64,000 nt of DNA from Polyangiales bacterium (GTDB lineage: Bacteria; Myxococcota_A; Polyangia; Polyangiales; Houyiibacteriaceae), in assembly GCA_045106895.1 (NCBI GenBank), contig JBGCFM010000029.1:17539-81538 (forward strand). The letters run 5' to 3'. How positions within the stretch are numbered: position 1 is the stretch's first letter; each line of letters begins with the position of its first letter. The notes under the pieces are model-generated. The model saw nothing but the letters and a program-made list of their open reading frames with translations. It searched no databases and was not told where the DNA came from. Positions 30,434-39,506 of this stretch are shown here, piece by piece. A program made the translations under genes and the position numbers.

Positions 30434-31945
30434 TTAGGGTGCGCTTGGCGAAGGGGCCTGCATCTCGCTGGGCTGCATCTCGCTGGGCTGCATGCTCGTC
30501 GAATCACTGTCCATGGTGTTCGGCGCCATCGAGGCGCTCATCGGCGTGGCCCGCGGCCTTCGCCGGCGAGTCGCGAGCATCCCTGTGACGCGTCCGATGC
30601 CGGCAATCGCGGCGACGTAGCTCGCGTCCGTGTTGATTCGCACCTCATCCCCGTCGGCTTCGATGGTCACGCGTGGCACCATCATGCGCATGAATGTAGG
30701 CATCGCGTCCATCTGGCGGTCGCGCTCCGCAGCCCAGAACTCCGCCGCGGCGGAGGCAGCCTCTTCGTCCGGGTAGTGAGCGACGCCTCGCACCGCGACG
30801 CCCTGTCCGGTGTCCGCGAGGCCAAGCCGAATCCGTTCGGGCAAGTGAGCGAGGTCTGCCCGAGCGCTTCGCACAAAGTTCTGTACGCCCTCCGCTTCGA
30901 GCGTGAACGCTTCGCCTTCGCCCATGGAGAGCAGCGCGTCCGCACCTTCTCCGCTCGGGCCGGTCTCGTCCCCTTCTTCCTCGTCTTCGTCTTGTTCGGC
31001 CGCCTCACGTTCAGCCCGAACCTGGGCAATACCCAAGACGCGGACCAGGTCTTGTGGCCGGGTGATGGTGAAATGACGCGGACCCACCACGGCGACGACA
31101 CGAGTCGTGGTGTCGTCGTTGGGCCAGTCCGCGACGTCCACCCCTTCTTCACGTCGCCAGCGCACTCGGGTGCCATGGGACTGAGCCATCTGTTCGACGG
31201 TGCGGTCCATGAACGCGCGCCCTTCTTCGAGGTGCGAATGCCGACCGGCCATGACGAGCCGCGAGCGCTGTAAGTTCGGCGTGGCGATGAGCAGGCGATC
31301 CAGGTCCGCAAGGGGTTCGATGCCCGAGCCTTCGAGGATCAAACGCCAGTCTGGGATGGCGTCCAGGAGGGCTCGCACCTGCGGCGCCAGCCGCGAGGCG
31401 CGGATGCGTTCCATGTTCATCCGAATCGCCAGCTGTGCGCCGGGCGGAATACGTGAAGTGCCCCCATCGCCGTCGGCGCCGCCTCCGTCGCTTTCGACAC
31501 CAGCGTCTTCGGGGCCTGCATCGGGGCCCGCGTCTGGGCCTGCATCGGGTCCTGCGTCTGGTCCTGCGTCCGGGCCCGCGTCTACGCCCGCGTCTGGGCC
31601 TGCGTCTGGGCCTGCGTCGACGGCATCGCCGATTCCTTCGCCTGTGGCGCTCTCGATCGCCTCGACCTCCTGCTCTTCGGGAGGCGTCACCTCTTCACCC
31701 GCGGCGACCATCATTTCATCGCTAATTCCGAACTCGACATCCACAGGAAGTTCGAATTCAAAGGCGAGGGGAGGAGCCTCGTGTCCTCCAACATAAAAAC
31801 CAACGCCGAGGTGCAGCGCAAGGGACAGGACCGCACCAAAGAGTGCTCCATTTCGGACGGATCGGGCTTTCAACGCTTCCGCCCCGCTTGACCACCCGTC
31901 GAGGGCATGAAAAACCCACGCCACTCGTCCGACATTGGAAGGCAA
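30434..31945 (-). CDS. Hypothetical membrane-anchored protein with DAGP repeats
   Basis: TM SLALH, acidic linker, DAGP x9, Met-rich tail; start uncertain. Confidence 0.7.
   Translation of the reverse strand: MPSNVGRVAWVFHALDGWSSGAEALKARSVRNGALFGAVLSLALHLGVGFYVGGHEAPPLAFEFELPVDVEFGISDEMMVAAGEEVTPPEEQEVEAIESATGEGIGDAVDAGPDAGPDAGVDAGPDAGPDAGPDAGPDAGPDAGPEDAGVESDGGGADGDGGTSRIPPGAQLAIRMNMERIRASRLAPQVRALLDAIPDWRLILEGSGIEPLADLDRLLIATPNLQRSRLVMAGRHSHLEEGRAFMDRTVEQMAQSHGTRVRWRREEGVDVADWPNDDTTTRVVAVVGPRHFTITRPQDLVRVLGIAQVRAEREAAEQDEDEEEGDETGPSGEGADALLSMGEGEAFTLEAEGVQNFVRSARADLAHLPERIRLGLADTGQGVAVRGVAHYPDEEAASAAAEFWAAERDRQMDAMPTFMRMMVPRVTIEADGDEVRINTDASYVAAIAGIGRVTGMLATRRRRPRATPMSASMAPNTMDSDSTSMQPSEMQPSEMQAPSPSAP
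31511..31618 (-). repeat. Coding tandem repeat, 9 x 12 bp (DAGP/DAGV)
   Basis: Units like GGGCCTGCGTCT with synonymous variation. Confidence 0.85.
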
Positions 31946-31978
31946 TTGGGCCCAAAAACGTTGGTGAGGGAGCCGTTC

Positions 31979-33742
31979 ATGCGTTCGTTAGACTCGTCTC
32001 TGCTCGTTCTACTCATTCTTTGTGCCTGTGGAGCCGAGGCTCCCGAGGGTGACCCGGTTGTGACGGACGAACAAGCGGCAGCCGCGGCAAATGCCGAGGC
32101 GGAGCCGGAGCCGGAGCCAGAGCCGGAGCCAGAGCCGGATTTAGGACCGCCAAAACGAATCTTCGCCCGGCGCTTTGTGGTGCCAATTCGGGCAGCCGCG
32201 GACCGCGAGTCGGACCGTATCGGTTACCTGCGTGCTGGCGCAGTCCTCGAAGCGACGACATCGCGCCCCGTGTCGATGGAGGGCTGTCGCGAAGGTTGGT
32301 ACGAGCTGAGCACCGGCGGCTTCGTCTGCAACGGCCGCAAGGTCATCGCCTTCGACGGCCGCCGACTGCCGGAACGCCGGTCCCGGCAGCCGAGTCGCGA
32401 AGATCCGCTTCCGTACGAGTACGGGTTCGTTCGCCGCGAAGCACCGATGTATCGACGCCCGCCCACGGATGAAGAAGCCGCGGAACACGAAGGCTATCGA
32501 ATCCCGGGTGCAGAGCCGCCGCCGGAGGCCGAGACATCCGAAGGGAATGAAGGCGGGACGGACCTTGAGACCGCGCCGACCACACCCATGGCCGCATCCA
32601 TGAGCACGATGGAAGTCGCGGAGATGGCCGCAGCGATCGGTGCCGCCGCGATGGAAGGCGCAGAGGGCGCAGCGGAAGTCGAGGAGGACCTTGGCCCAAC
32701 CCTTGAGACCTTGTCGGGTTCTCGAGACTCCGTCGTGATGCGCACGATGATGCGCGGCTTTTTCGTCAGCCTGGACCGCAGCGTTCGGCGTGGCGCACGT
32801 CGCTACTGGCGAACGCAGAACAACGGCTACGTCCCCTATCGCCTCATCATGAAGCGCGAGGGGAGCGACTTTCAAGGGGCCGAGATTCACGGCGGAACCA
32901 CGTTGCCCGTGGCCTTCGTCCTGGACCAACGCGCCAACGCTTACACCCGCGACGCGAACGGCCGTTTCAGGCCGGCCCGTGGTGCGCGTCGATACCGTGA
33001 GTCGTTTCTCGTGGCGGAGCGTGTAGAAGACGGGCGCCACACGTACGTTCGAGTTCAGGAGCTGCCGCCTGCGCCGCCGGAGCCCACGCCGGAAGAAGAG
33101 GGCGAGGGCGAAAACCCAGCAGAAACAGGTGCGGACGACGAAGTCGCCAGCGATGAGGCAGAGCCCGAGACGGCGGCGGAGCCAGAACCGGAGCCTGAAG
33201 AGGACCCCACCGAGGCCATCTGGCACCGGACTTCAAACCTTCGAATCGCCGAGCCTGAGCCTATGCGCGAAGAGATGGAGGCGGGCGATAAGTGGTTCGA
33301 CATCAACCTGGAGAACCAGATTTTGGTCGCCTACGAAGGAGAGCGCGCCGTCTATGCGACGCTGATCTCCTCGGGATTGCCGGACCGTTCGAACATGCCG
33401 GAGCGCGACTACGAAACCCTCGTCGGGCTTCATCGTGTGAAATCCAAGCACCTCACCGATACCATGGATGGCGACACGGCCTTCGACGGCCCCTACAGTG
33501 TCGATGATGTTCCCTACGTCATGTACTACGAGCTGGCCTACGCTCTTCACACGGCGTTCTGGCACAACCGCTTCGGGCGGCCGAAGAGCCACGGTTGCGT
33601 GAACCTCTCTCCACTTGATTCTCGTTGGCTCTTCAACTGGGCCGATCCTCCGCTGCCCATCGGTTGGCACTCCGCTTACCCGACGGAAGAAGTCCCAGGT
33701 ACGTGGATTTGGATCCACGGGGACACACTGGGTCGTCGATGA
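31979..33742 (+). CDS. L,D-transpeptidase (YkuD family) lipoprotein
   Basis: Lipobox LCAC; DINLENQIL.AYEG, ALHTAFWH..FGRPKSHGCVNL. Confidence 0.9.
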   Translation: MRSLDSSLLVLLILCACGAEAPEGDPVVTDEQAAAAANAEAEPEPEPEPEPEPDLGPPKRIFARRFVVPIRAAADRESDRIGYLRAGAVLEATTSRPVSMEGCREGWYELSTGGFVCNGRKVIAFDGRRLPERRSRQPSREDPLPYEYGFVRREAPMYRRPPTDEEAAEHEGYRIPGAEPPPEAETSEGNEGGTDLETAPTTPMAASMSTMEVAEMAAAIGAAAMEGAEGAAEVEEDLGPTLETLSGSRDSVVMRTMMRGFFVSLDRSVRRGARRYWRTQNNGYVPYRLIMKREGSDFQGAEIHGGTTLPVAFVLDQRANAYTRDANGRFRPARGARRYRESFLVAERVEDGRHTYVRVQELPPAPPEPTPEEEGEGENPAETGADDEVASDEAEPETAAEPEPEPEEDPTEAIWHRTSNLRIAEPEPMREEMEAGDKWFDINLENQILVAYEGERAVYATLISSGLPDRSNMPERDYETLVGLHRVKSKHLTDTMDGDTAFDGPYSVDDVPYVMYYELAYALHTAFWHNRFGRPKSHGCVNLSPLDSRWLFNWADPPLPIGWHSAYPTEEVPGTWIWIHGDTLGRR

Positions 33743-34527
33743 GAGCTGTCGCCGCGTGCCTGCTTGTCGCTGCATGTGGTGGCGGCGCACAGCTTGTCCA
33801 AGGAGACCAGCGAGAAGAACGAGCTCGCGAAGCGTTTGCCGACGGAGAGGCAGCCTGGACCCATCGTGGTGAGGAAGAGTCCGCTCGCGCGGCGGCGCAG
33901 GCCTACGCTCTCGCCGTCGAGAACGGAATGGACGAAGCGCTCGTTCCGTCGGCGCGCGCGCACTTCTACCTGGCCGACTGCCACCTTCGGTTTCAAAGCG
34001 AGCGTCGCGGCGAATTTCTGACGGAACTGGAGCGAAGTGTTCGTGTCGCTCGCCGAGGCGTTGCGGAAGACCCCGAGGGCCCCGCGAGCTACTGGCTCGC
34101 CGAAGCGCGCTGGGTGTGGGCACGCGCTCAAGGGCCAGCCACGTTCCTCATGGTCGAAGATGAGCTGCACGAACTAGCCCGCGAGAGCCGAGCGAACGAC
34201 GCGGCCTACGACTCCTTTGGGCCGGATCGGATGCTCGGTTCGCTCCTGGCGCGCACGCCGAGTTTTGCCGGCGGCGACCTCGTGGCCAGTGAACAGCACT
34301 TTACCGCGGCTCGTACGGGAGCACCGCACGACCCACGGACCTTGGTGCGCATGGCCGTGGAGTTTGCCGTCGCCAGCGAGCAAAGACCGCTCTTCGAGAG
34401 TCTCCTCGACGAGGTTCTTGCCGCCCCAGGTCAAGACCCGGACAGCGTTTGTGCGCGACAACAGGCGGAGCAGATTCGTCCCAAGGTCCGAAAGTTCTTC
34501 CCCCGGGCCATCGGCAACATCGAGTAG
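33739..34527 (+). CDS. TRAP transporter TatT-like TPR lipoprotein
   Basis: Lipobox VAAC; YW, GPDRMLG..LARTPSFAGGD...SEQHF..A resemble TatT; ATGA overlap with the L,D-transpeptidase. Confidence 0.65.
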   Translation: MRAVAACLLVAACGGGAQLVQGDQREERAREAFADGEAAWTHRGEEESARAAAQAYALAVENGMDEALVPSARAHFYLADCHLRFQSERRGEFLTELERSVRVARRGVAEDPEGPASYWLAEARWVWARAQGPATFLMVEDELHELARESRANDAAYDSFGPDRMLGSLLARTPSFAGGDLVASEQHFTAARTGAPHDPRTLVRMAVEFAVASEQRPLFESLLDEVLAAPGQDPDSVCARQQAEQIRPKVRKFFPRAIGNIE

Positions 34528-34528
34528 C

Positions 34529-35254
34529 TCAGGGCGTCAGGTCGTCGCCGTGTTTCGCGATAAGTCGCTCGGCCTCAGCGTGCGCCTCGGGGGTGTCTAC
34601 GTCGATCCACATGGCATCTCCGACGTCCGCGACGCGCATTTTTCCGCGTGCCGCGAGCTCCCCAACGCCCTGGGAGAGAGAGCACCCCTCAGGTCCATCA
34701 TGCGCCTGAAGCGACTCGATGAGTGAGCGGTTGATGCGAAACACGCCCGTGTCGAGGCAGTCGTACTTCTCAAGCTGCTTGTGGATCTCCACGATTCGGT
34801 CGCCATCGACACGAACTTTGGTCGCGTCATCCAGGTCGAAGCAGCCCGGAATGTCGTAGTCGATTCCGAGGACCGCTTCGTCGCCCTCGAGAGGAAATGC
34901 GTGCACCCGCTTCACCAGCGAGGGCGACCAGAGGTGGTCGCTCATGACGACGTAGGTGGGACCCACGACAAAGGACTCTGCTTTCAGGAGGGAGGTGCCA
35001 TTGGGCTTCTCGTAGTCGTCGTTCTGGAAAAACGTGATTGGCAGGGGCAGGTCCAGTTTTTCCAATTCACTGCGCAGAACGTCACCGAGGTGGCCCACAA
35101 TGATCCCCACTTCCTCGACTCCGGCCTCCGCCAGTCCCTCGATGACACGGACGATGAGCGCTTTGCCAGCCACTTTCTCAAGTGGTTTGGGGTAGGGGCG
35201 GCCGAGAACGAGGCGGGTTCCTTTTCCGGCGGCGAGGATGATGGCTCTGTTCAT
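34529..35254 (-). CDS. NTP transferase, inositol-1-phosphate cytidylyltransferase (IPCT)/LicC-like
   Basis: AIILAAGKGTRL, PKPL, NGTSLLKA, MSDH, DDATKV, DTGVF, WIDVDTPE. Confidence 0.8.
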   Translation of the reverse strand: MNRAIILAAGKGTRLVLGRPYPKPLEKVAGKALIVRVIEGLAEAGVEEVGIIVGHLGDVLRSELEKLDLPLPITFFQNDDYEKPNGTSLLKAESFVVGPTYVVMSDHLWSPSLVKRVHAFPLEGDEAVLGIDYDIPGCFDLDDATKVRVDGDRIVEIHKQLEKYDCLDTGVFRINRSLIESLQAHDGPEGCSLSQGVGELAARGKMRVADVGDAMWIDVDTPEAHAEAERLIAKHGDDLTP

Positions 35255-35490
35255 AAGTACATTCCGTGGTGAAGGCTTCACAGGTGTGGCGCGGGGGCCA
35301 CGCAGCGGGAAGCGGAGATGAAGGCGTCATAGCCTTCTTTTGTCGAGGCGGATCTTCCAATCCGAGCGTTCTAGTCAAAAACTAAGCTTACGAATGCACT
35401 TCTTTGGCCAGGGGCCTGCCTCCACCCGCTCACCTCTGGCTCTTGGGCCCTATCGTGCTAGCGAGGGTAGGCAAGAAAGACATTTCATCG

Positions 35491-36795
35491 ATGCAGACAC
35501 CCACGATTCAACCCGCCGAAGGAAAGCTCGGCGTTCTTCTTCCTGGAATGGGCGCCGTTGGCACCACCTTCATTGCAGGCTGCCTACTTGCCCGTAACGG
35601 CGTCGCGAAGCCGATTGGCTCCATGACCCAGATGGGCACGATCCGCGTTGGAAAGCGAACCGACGCAACGTCGCCCTACGTGAAGGACTTCGTTCCCCTC
35701 GCGGGTCTCAACGACCTCGTCTTTGGTGGCTGGGACTTGTTTCCGGATGACGCCCTCACCGCCGCGAAAGAAGCCGATGTGCTCTCACGCGAGCATCTCG
35801 AAGCCATCGGCGACGAGCTCGCCGCCATCAAGCCGATGAAGGCCGTCTTCTTCCCCGAGTTCGTGAAGCGCTTGCGCGGCGAGCACGTGAAAAGCGGAGA
35901 CAACAAGATGGAGCTGGCGGAAGCCGTCCGCGAGGACATCCGCAACTTCAAGAAGGACAATGGCCTCGCCCGGGCGGTTGCTGTCTGGTGTGGAAGCACG
36001 GAGGTTCATCGCGAGCCCACATCGGTCCACGAGAGCGTTGAAGCTTTCGAAGCCGGACTTCGCGCCAGCGACCCCGCCATCAGCCCTTCGCAGATCTACG
36101 CCTACGCGTGTCTTCAAGAAGGCGTTGGCTACTGCAACGGCGCGCCGAACCTCACGTGCGAGCTCAAGTGCATGCAGGAACTCGCGAAGAAGACCGGCAC
36201 AGCTCTCTCGGGCAAGGACTTCAAGACGGGTCAGACCCTCATGAAGACGATTCTGGCCCCTGGATTCCGCGCGCGTCAGCTTGGTATTCGTGGATGGTTC
36301 TCGACGAACATCCTCGGCAACCGAGACGGCGAGGTTCTTGAGGATCCCGACAGCTTCAAGTCCAAAGAGGTCAGCAAGCTCGGTGTCCTGGAGACGATTC
36401 TTCAGCCCAAGATCCAGCCTGAACTCTACGGCGACCTCTACCACAAGGTCCGCATCAACTATTACCCGCCTCGCGGCGACCAAAAAGAGGGCTGGGACAA
36501 CATCGATATCTTCGGTTGGCTCGGATACCCGATGCAGATCAAGGTCGACTTTCTCTGCCGCGACTCGATCCTGGCGGCGCCTCTCGTTCTCGACCTGGCG
36601 CTCTTCACGGACCTCGCGCAGCGCGCAGGCATGAGCGGAATCCAGGAGTGGCTCAGCTTCTACTACAAGAGCCCGACTGTGGAGCCGGAACTCTACCCTG
36701 AGCACAACCTCTTCGTGCAGCTCGCGAAGTTGAAGAACACGCTTCGTTGGATGAAGGGCGAGAAGCCTATCACCCACGTCGAAGAAGAGTCCTAG
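35491..36795 (+). CDS. ino1: Myo-inositol-1-phosphate synthase
   Basis: GMGAVGTT, GKDFKTGQTLMK, WFSTNILGNRDG, KEGWDNIDIFGWLGYPM, CRDSILAAP. Confidence 0.95.
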   Translation: MQTPTIQPAEGKLGVLLPGMGAVGTTFIAGCLLARNGVAKPIGSMTQMGTIRVGKRTDATSPYVKDFVPLAGLNDLVFGGWDLFPDDALTAAKEADVLSREHLEAIGDELAAIKPMKAVFFPEFVKRLRGEHVKSGDNKMELAEAVREDIRNFKKDNGLARAVAVWCGSTEVHREPTSVHESVEAFEAGLRASDPAISPSQIYAYACLQEGVGYCNGAPNLTCELKCMQELAKKTGTALSGKDFKTGQTLMKTILAPGFRARQLGIRGWFSTNILGNRDGEVLEDPDSFKSKEVSKLGVLETILQPKIQPELYGDLYHKVRINYYPPRGDQKEGWDNIDIFGWLGYPMQIKVDFLCRDSILAAPLVLDLALFTDLAQRAGMSGIQEWLSFYYKSPTVEPELYPEHNLFVQLAKLKNTLRWMKGEKPITHVEEES

Positions 36796-36800
36796 GGCGC

Positions 36801-36901
36801 TTCTCCGCCCAGCACGCCGTGCTCTGCGTCACTCGGCGGCTCGGCATCCATAGATGCCCTCGCCGCCGGCTCCTCGATCACGACGCGCTGGACGAAGAAT
36901 C
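36801..36901. repeat. ~100-bp imperfect palindromic intergenic element (copy 2)
   Basis: TTCTCCGCCCAGCACGCCGTGCTC...GATCACGACGCGCTGGACGAAGAATC, matching 27623-27722. Confidence 0.85.
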
Positions 36902-36958
36902 GCGAAGCTGTTCCAGGGGATTTTCGGGTTTTTGTCTGAGCTTCACTCGGCTGTTCGG

Positions 36959-37001
36959 ACGTGAAAAAGCCCACGCTGTCTCGAGCGCGGGCCTTTCACG
37001 T
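36959..37001 (-). terminator. Intrinsic terminator of the methylase gene
   Basis: Minus strand GAAAGGCCCGCGCT-CGAGAC-AGCGTGGGCTTTTTCAC. Confidence 0.7.
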
Positions 37002-37021
37002 GAGGACGCTGTTGCCCAGGA

Positions 37022-37942
37022 CTAGCTATAATTGCGTACTACGACTTCGCTGACCTTGCCGCGGCGTCGGCCGTTGCAGTTGATGGCGCGGGGAGCAGCG
37101 ACGATGTCGATGTTGTGGTCTTTGTAGAGTTCGCGAATGAACGGGACGTCGCTGTTGCTGAGCATGAGCTTGCAGCCACGTCGGTCGAGTTCGTTGTACA
37201 CGTCACGCAGTCGCGTCTGATCTTCTTGGCTGAAGCCATTCTTGGTGTAGCTGGTGAAGCTCGCGGTGGTGGACACCGGCTCGTACGGCGGATCGAAGTA
37301 GACGAAGTCGCCCGGACGGGCGCTCTTGAGGAGGCCGTCAAAGCCCGACTCGACGATTTTCGCGCGTTTCAGCACATCGCTCGCGACGTGCAGACCCGCT
37401 GGGTCGACGATGCGCGGGTTCTTATAGCTGCCGATGGGCACATTGAACTCGCCGCGGCGGTTGACGCGATGGAGGCCGTTGAAGCAGGTCTTGTTCAAGT
37501 AGATGAACATCGCCGCGCGCTGGGTTTCGTTCCCCTCGGCCTTCTTGAGGGCGTTGTACTTCTCGCGAGTCGCGTAGTAGCGCTCCTTTCCGTGGTCCAC
37601 GGCGAGGATCTGCAGGTTCGCGATAACCCCGTCCACATCGTCACGAATCGCTTTGTACGTGTTGATGAGGGACGGGTTGATGTCGCAAAGCAGGGCGCGC
37701 TTTGGAAGGCGCGAGAAGAAGAGGGCGCCACCGCCGACGAAGGGCTCCACGTGCCGCATCTTGTCGACGCCGGAGGGAAGCAGGGGTTCCAACTGAGGGA
37801 TGATGCGTCCCTTGCCGCCCACCCATTTGACGAAGGGACTGGGGCGGCGGGCTTCTTCCACCGCACCGCGGCGAGCAGCGGCGAGTTTGGGAACCGCAAC
37901 GCGTTTGAGGGCGATTCGGGCGAATGGAGACGATGTAGCCAT
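37022..37942 (-). CDS. dam: DNA adenine methyltransferase, D12/Dam family (orphan)
   Basis: KWVGGK, EPFVGGG, DIN, FNGLHRVNRRGEFNVPIG (like the GATC-recognition hairpin), DPPY, LSNS. Confidence 0.9.
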   Translation of the reverse strand: MATSSPFARIALKRVAVPKLAAARRGAVEEARRPSPFVKWVGGKGRIIPQLEPLLPSGVDKMRHVEPFVGGGALFFSRLPKRALLCDINPSLINTYKAIRDDVDGVIANLQILAVDHGKERYYATREKYNALKKAEGNETQRAAMFIYLNKTCFNGLHRVNRRGEFNVPIGSYKNPRIVDPAGLHVASDVLKRAKIVESGFDGLLKSARPGDFVYFDPPYEPVSTTASFTSYTKNGFSQEDQTRLRDVYNELDRRGCKLMLSNSDVPFIRELYKDHNIDIVAAPRAINCNGRRRGKVSEVVVRNYS

Positions 37943-37973
37943 GTGTAGGTGCTATCCTACATGTGGCTACATC
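37932..37973. promoter_or_regulatory. 42-bp inverted repeat covering the dam -10 and start codon
   Basis: GATGTAGCCATGTGTAGG-TGCTAT-CCTACATGTGGCTACATC (16 of 18 arm positions complementary). Confidence 0.7.
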
Positions 37974-37990
37974 CCAAAAAAACGACAAGC

Positions 37991-39301
37991 TTAGGGCGTG
38001 AGTGAGCGGAGTCGCCTCCACAGCAGCACGGCTTGAGCCAGGATCTGCGCCGTCAGACCGAGCCAAGCGCCGAGCGCACCAAGCCCCAGCCAGATGCCTA
38101 AAAAGTAGGTGAGCGGAGGCGTAAAGACCCACGCCGTGAGCACACCGACGTACGCGGAGTAGCGAACGTCTCCGACGCCGCGGAGCATCGCACCTCCCAC
38201 CATCGCCAAGCCATCGGCGAGCTGGAAGACGCCGCCGACCAAGAGCAGAACGGCGACGATGTTCTGAAGCTCCGTGTCATCGGACGCGAAGGTTCGTGCC
38301 ATCGTGTGACGCAGGACGGCAATGAGCACGAACCAAACGAGCGCGTAGATGACCGCGACGCGAAGGCCCAGTCGACCGACGACGGGGATGAGCTGTCGTC
38401 GCTGCGCGCCATGCGCCTGACCCGCCAACACCGAGCAAGCCTCCGCTACGGCGGCCATCGGCAGGAAGACGAAGTGCATCAGCTGCAGCGCGACTTGGTG
38501 CGCCGCCACCTGTCGTTCGTCCGTTGCGCTCAACAGAACGGTGATCAAACCGAAGCTACCGATCTCCAAGACAAACTGAATGCCCGTCGGCGCGCCCATC
38601 TTTCGGAGAGCCCGCAGGTCATCTGCCATGGGCCTTCGCACCCTTCGCCGCTGCGCGGGCGCGAGGGTCACGACCTGGATGACGTACGCCGCGAGCGTCG
38701 CGAAGGCCGCGCCCTCCACGCCCCAGTCGAGGACCAAAACGAAGAGGACGTCGAGACCGATGTTGACGGCGTTGGCCACGAGGGCAGCGCGCATGGGCGC
38801 GGTGGAATCACCGGACCCGTAGCGGACCTCTCGCAGCGCGACGTAGAGCATCGAAGGGATGCCGGCGAGCCCAAGAATCCATGCGTAGTCCCGCGCGGCT
38901 CGCCCTGCGACAGCAGAGGGAGCCAGAGAGGGAAGCAGGGGCGCGATGAGCCCCACACACAACGTGATGAGCATCCCCACGACGAGCGCTGCGGCCAAGG
39001 CGGCGCCGGCGTGGCGCTCGATGGCTTCTTCGTCACCAGCGCCGCGCGCCTGAGATACGAGGACCTTGCTTCCACGGAAGAAGCCGAAGCCGAAGCCCGC
39101 GAAGACAAAGAAGGTGATGGAGCCGAGGCCCACGCCTGCGAGCGCGCCGGCGCCAAGCGTGGAGACACAAAAGGTGTCCACCAACGACATGAAGGCGTGG
39201 GAGACCATGGACACAGCGATGGGCCCGGCGAGGCGAAGGAGTTCACGGCCAGGCCTGTTGGACCAGTTGAGCGTAGGAGCGGAACGATACGGGGGAGACA
39301 T
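37991..39301 (-). CDS. MATE family efflux transporter
   Basis: LLRLAGPI, VDT..V..LG..ALAGV, SQARGA, GDS..PM, NIGLD..FV, GAAFAT, FQLADG, LRGVGD. Confidence 0.93.
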   Translation of the reverse strand: MSPPYRSAPTLNWSNRPGRELLRLAGPIAVSMVSHAFMSLVDTFCVSTLGAGALAGVGLGSITFFVFAGFGFGFFRGSKVLVSQARGAGDEEAIERHAGAALAAALVVGMLITLCVGLIAPLLPSLAPSAVAGRAARDYAWILGLAGIPSMLYVALREVRYGSGDSTAPMRAALVANAVNIGLDVLFVLVLDWGVEGAAFATLAAYVIQVVTLAPAQRRRVRRPMADDLRALRKMGAPTGIQFVLEIGSFGLITVLLSATDERQVAAHQVALQLMHFVFLPMAAVAEACSVLAGQAHGAQRRQLIPVVGRLGLRVAVIYALVWFVLIAVLRHTMARTFASDDTELQNIVAVLLLVGGVFQLADGLAMVGGAMLRGVGDVRYSAYVGVLTAWVFTPPLTYFLGIWLGLGALGAWLGLTAQILAQAVLLWRRLRSLTP

Positions 39302-39506
39302 GACAAAATCCGGAAGCGGAAGGGGGACGAGGGCGCACATGCGTACGCAAAGATGAGGAGGGCGCGCCCGCAATACGGGGCGGCGCGTCTGACGCGCGCG
39401 CGGATGCACGGCTGTCGTGAGCGAGGGGATACTCAGCAGGCGGATGAACTCGGCGCCGGACGTAGGTCCGGCGTCGTTATGCGTGTCGGTTCAAGGGAAC
39501 GTGACG

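Noticed and set aside
37022..37942. Complete restriction-modification system
   Set aside because: Flanked by MATE and ino1; no endonuclease gene adjacent
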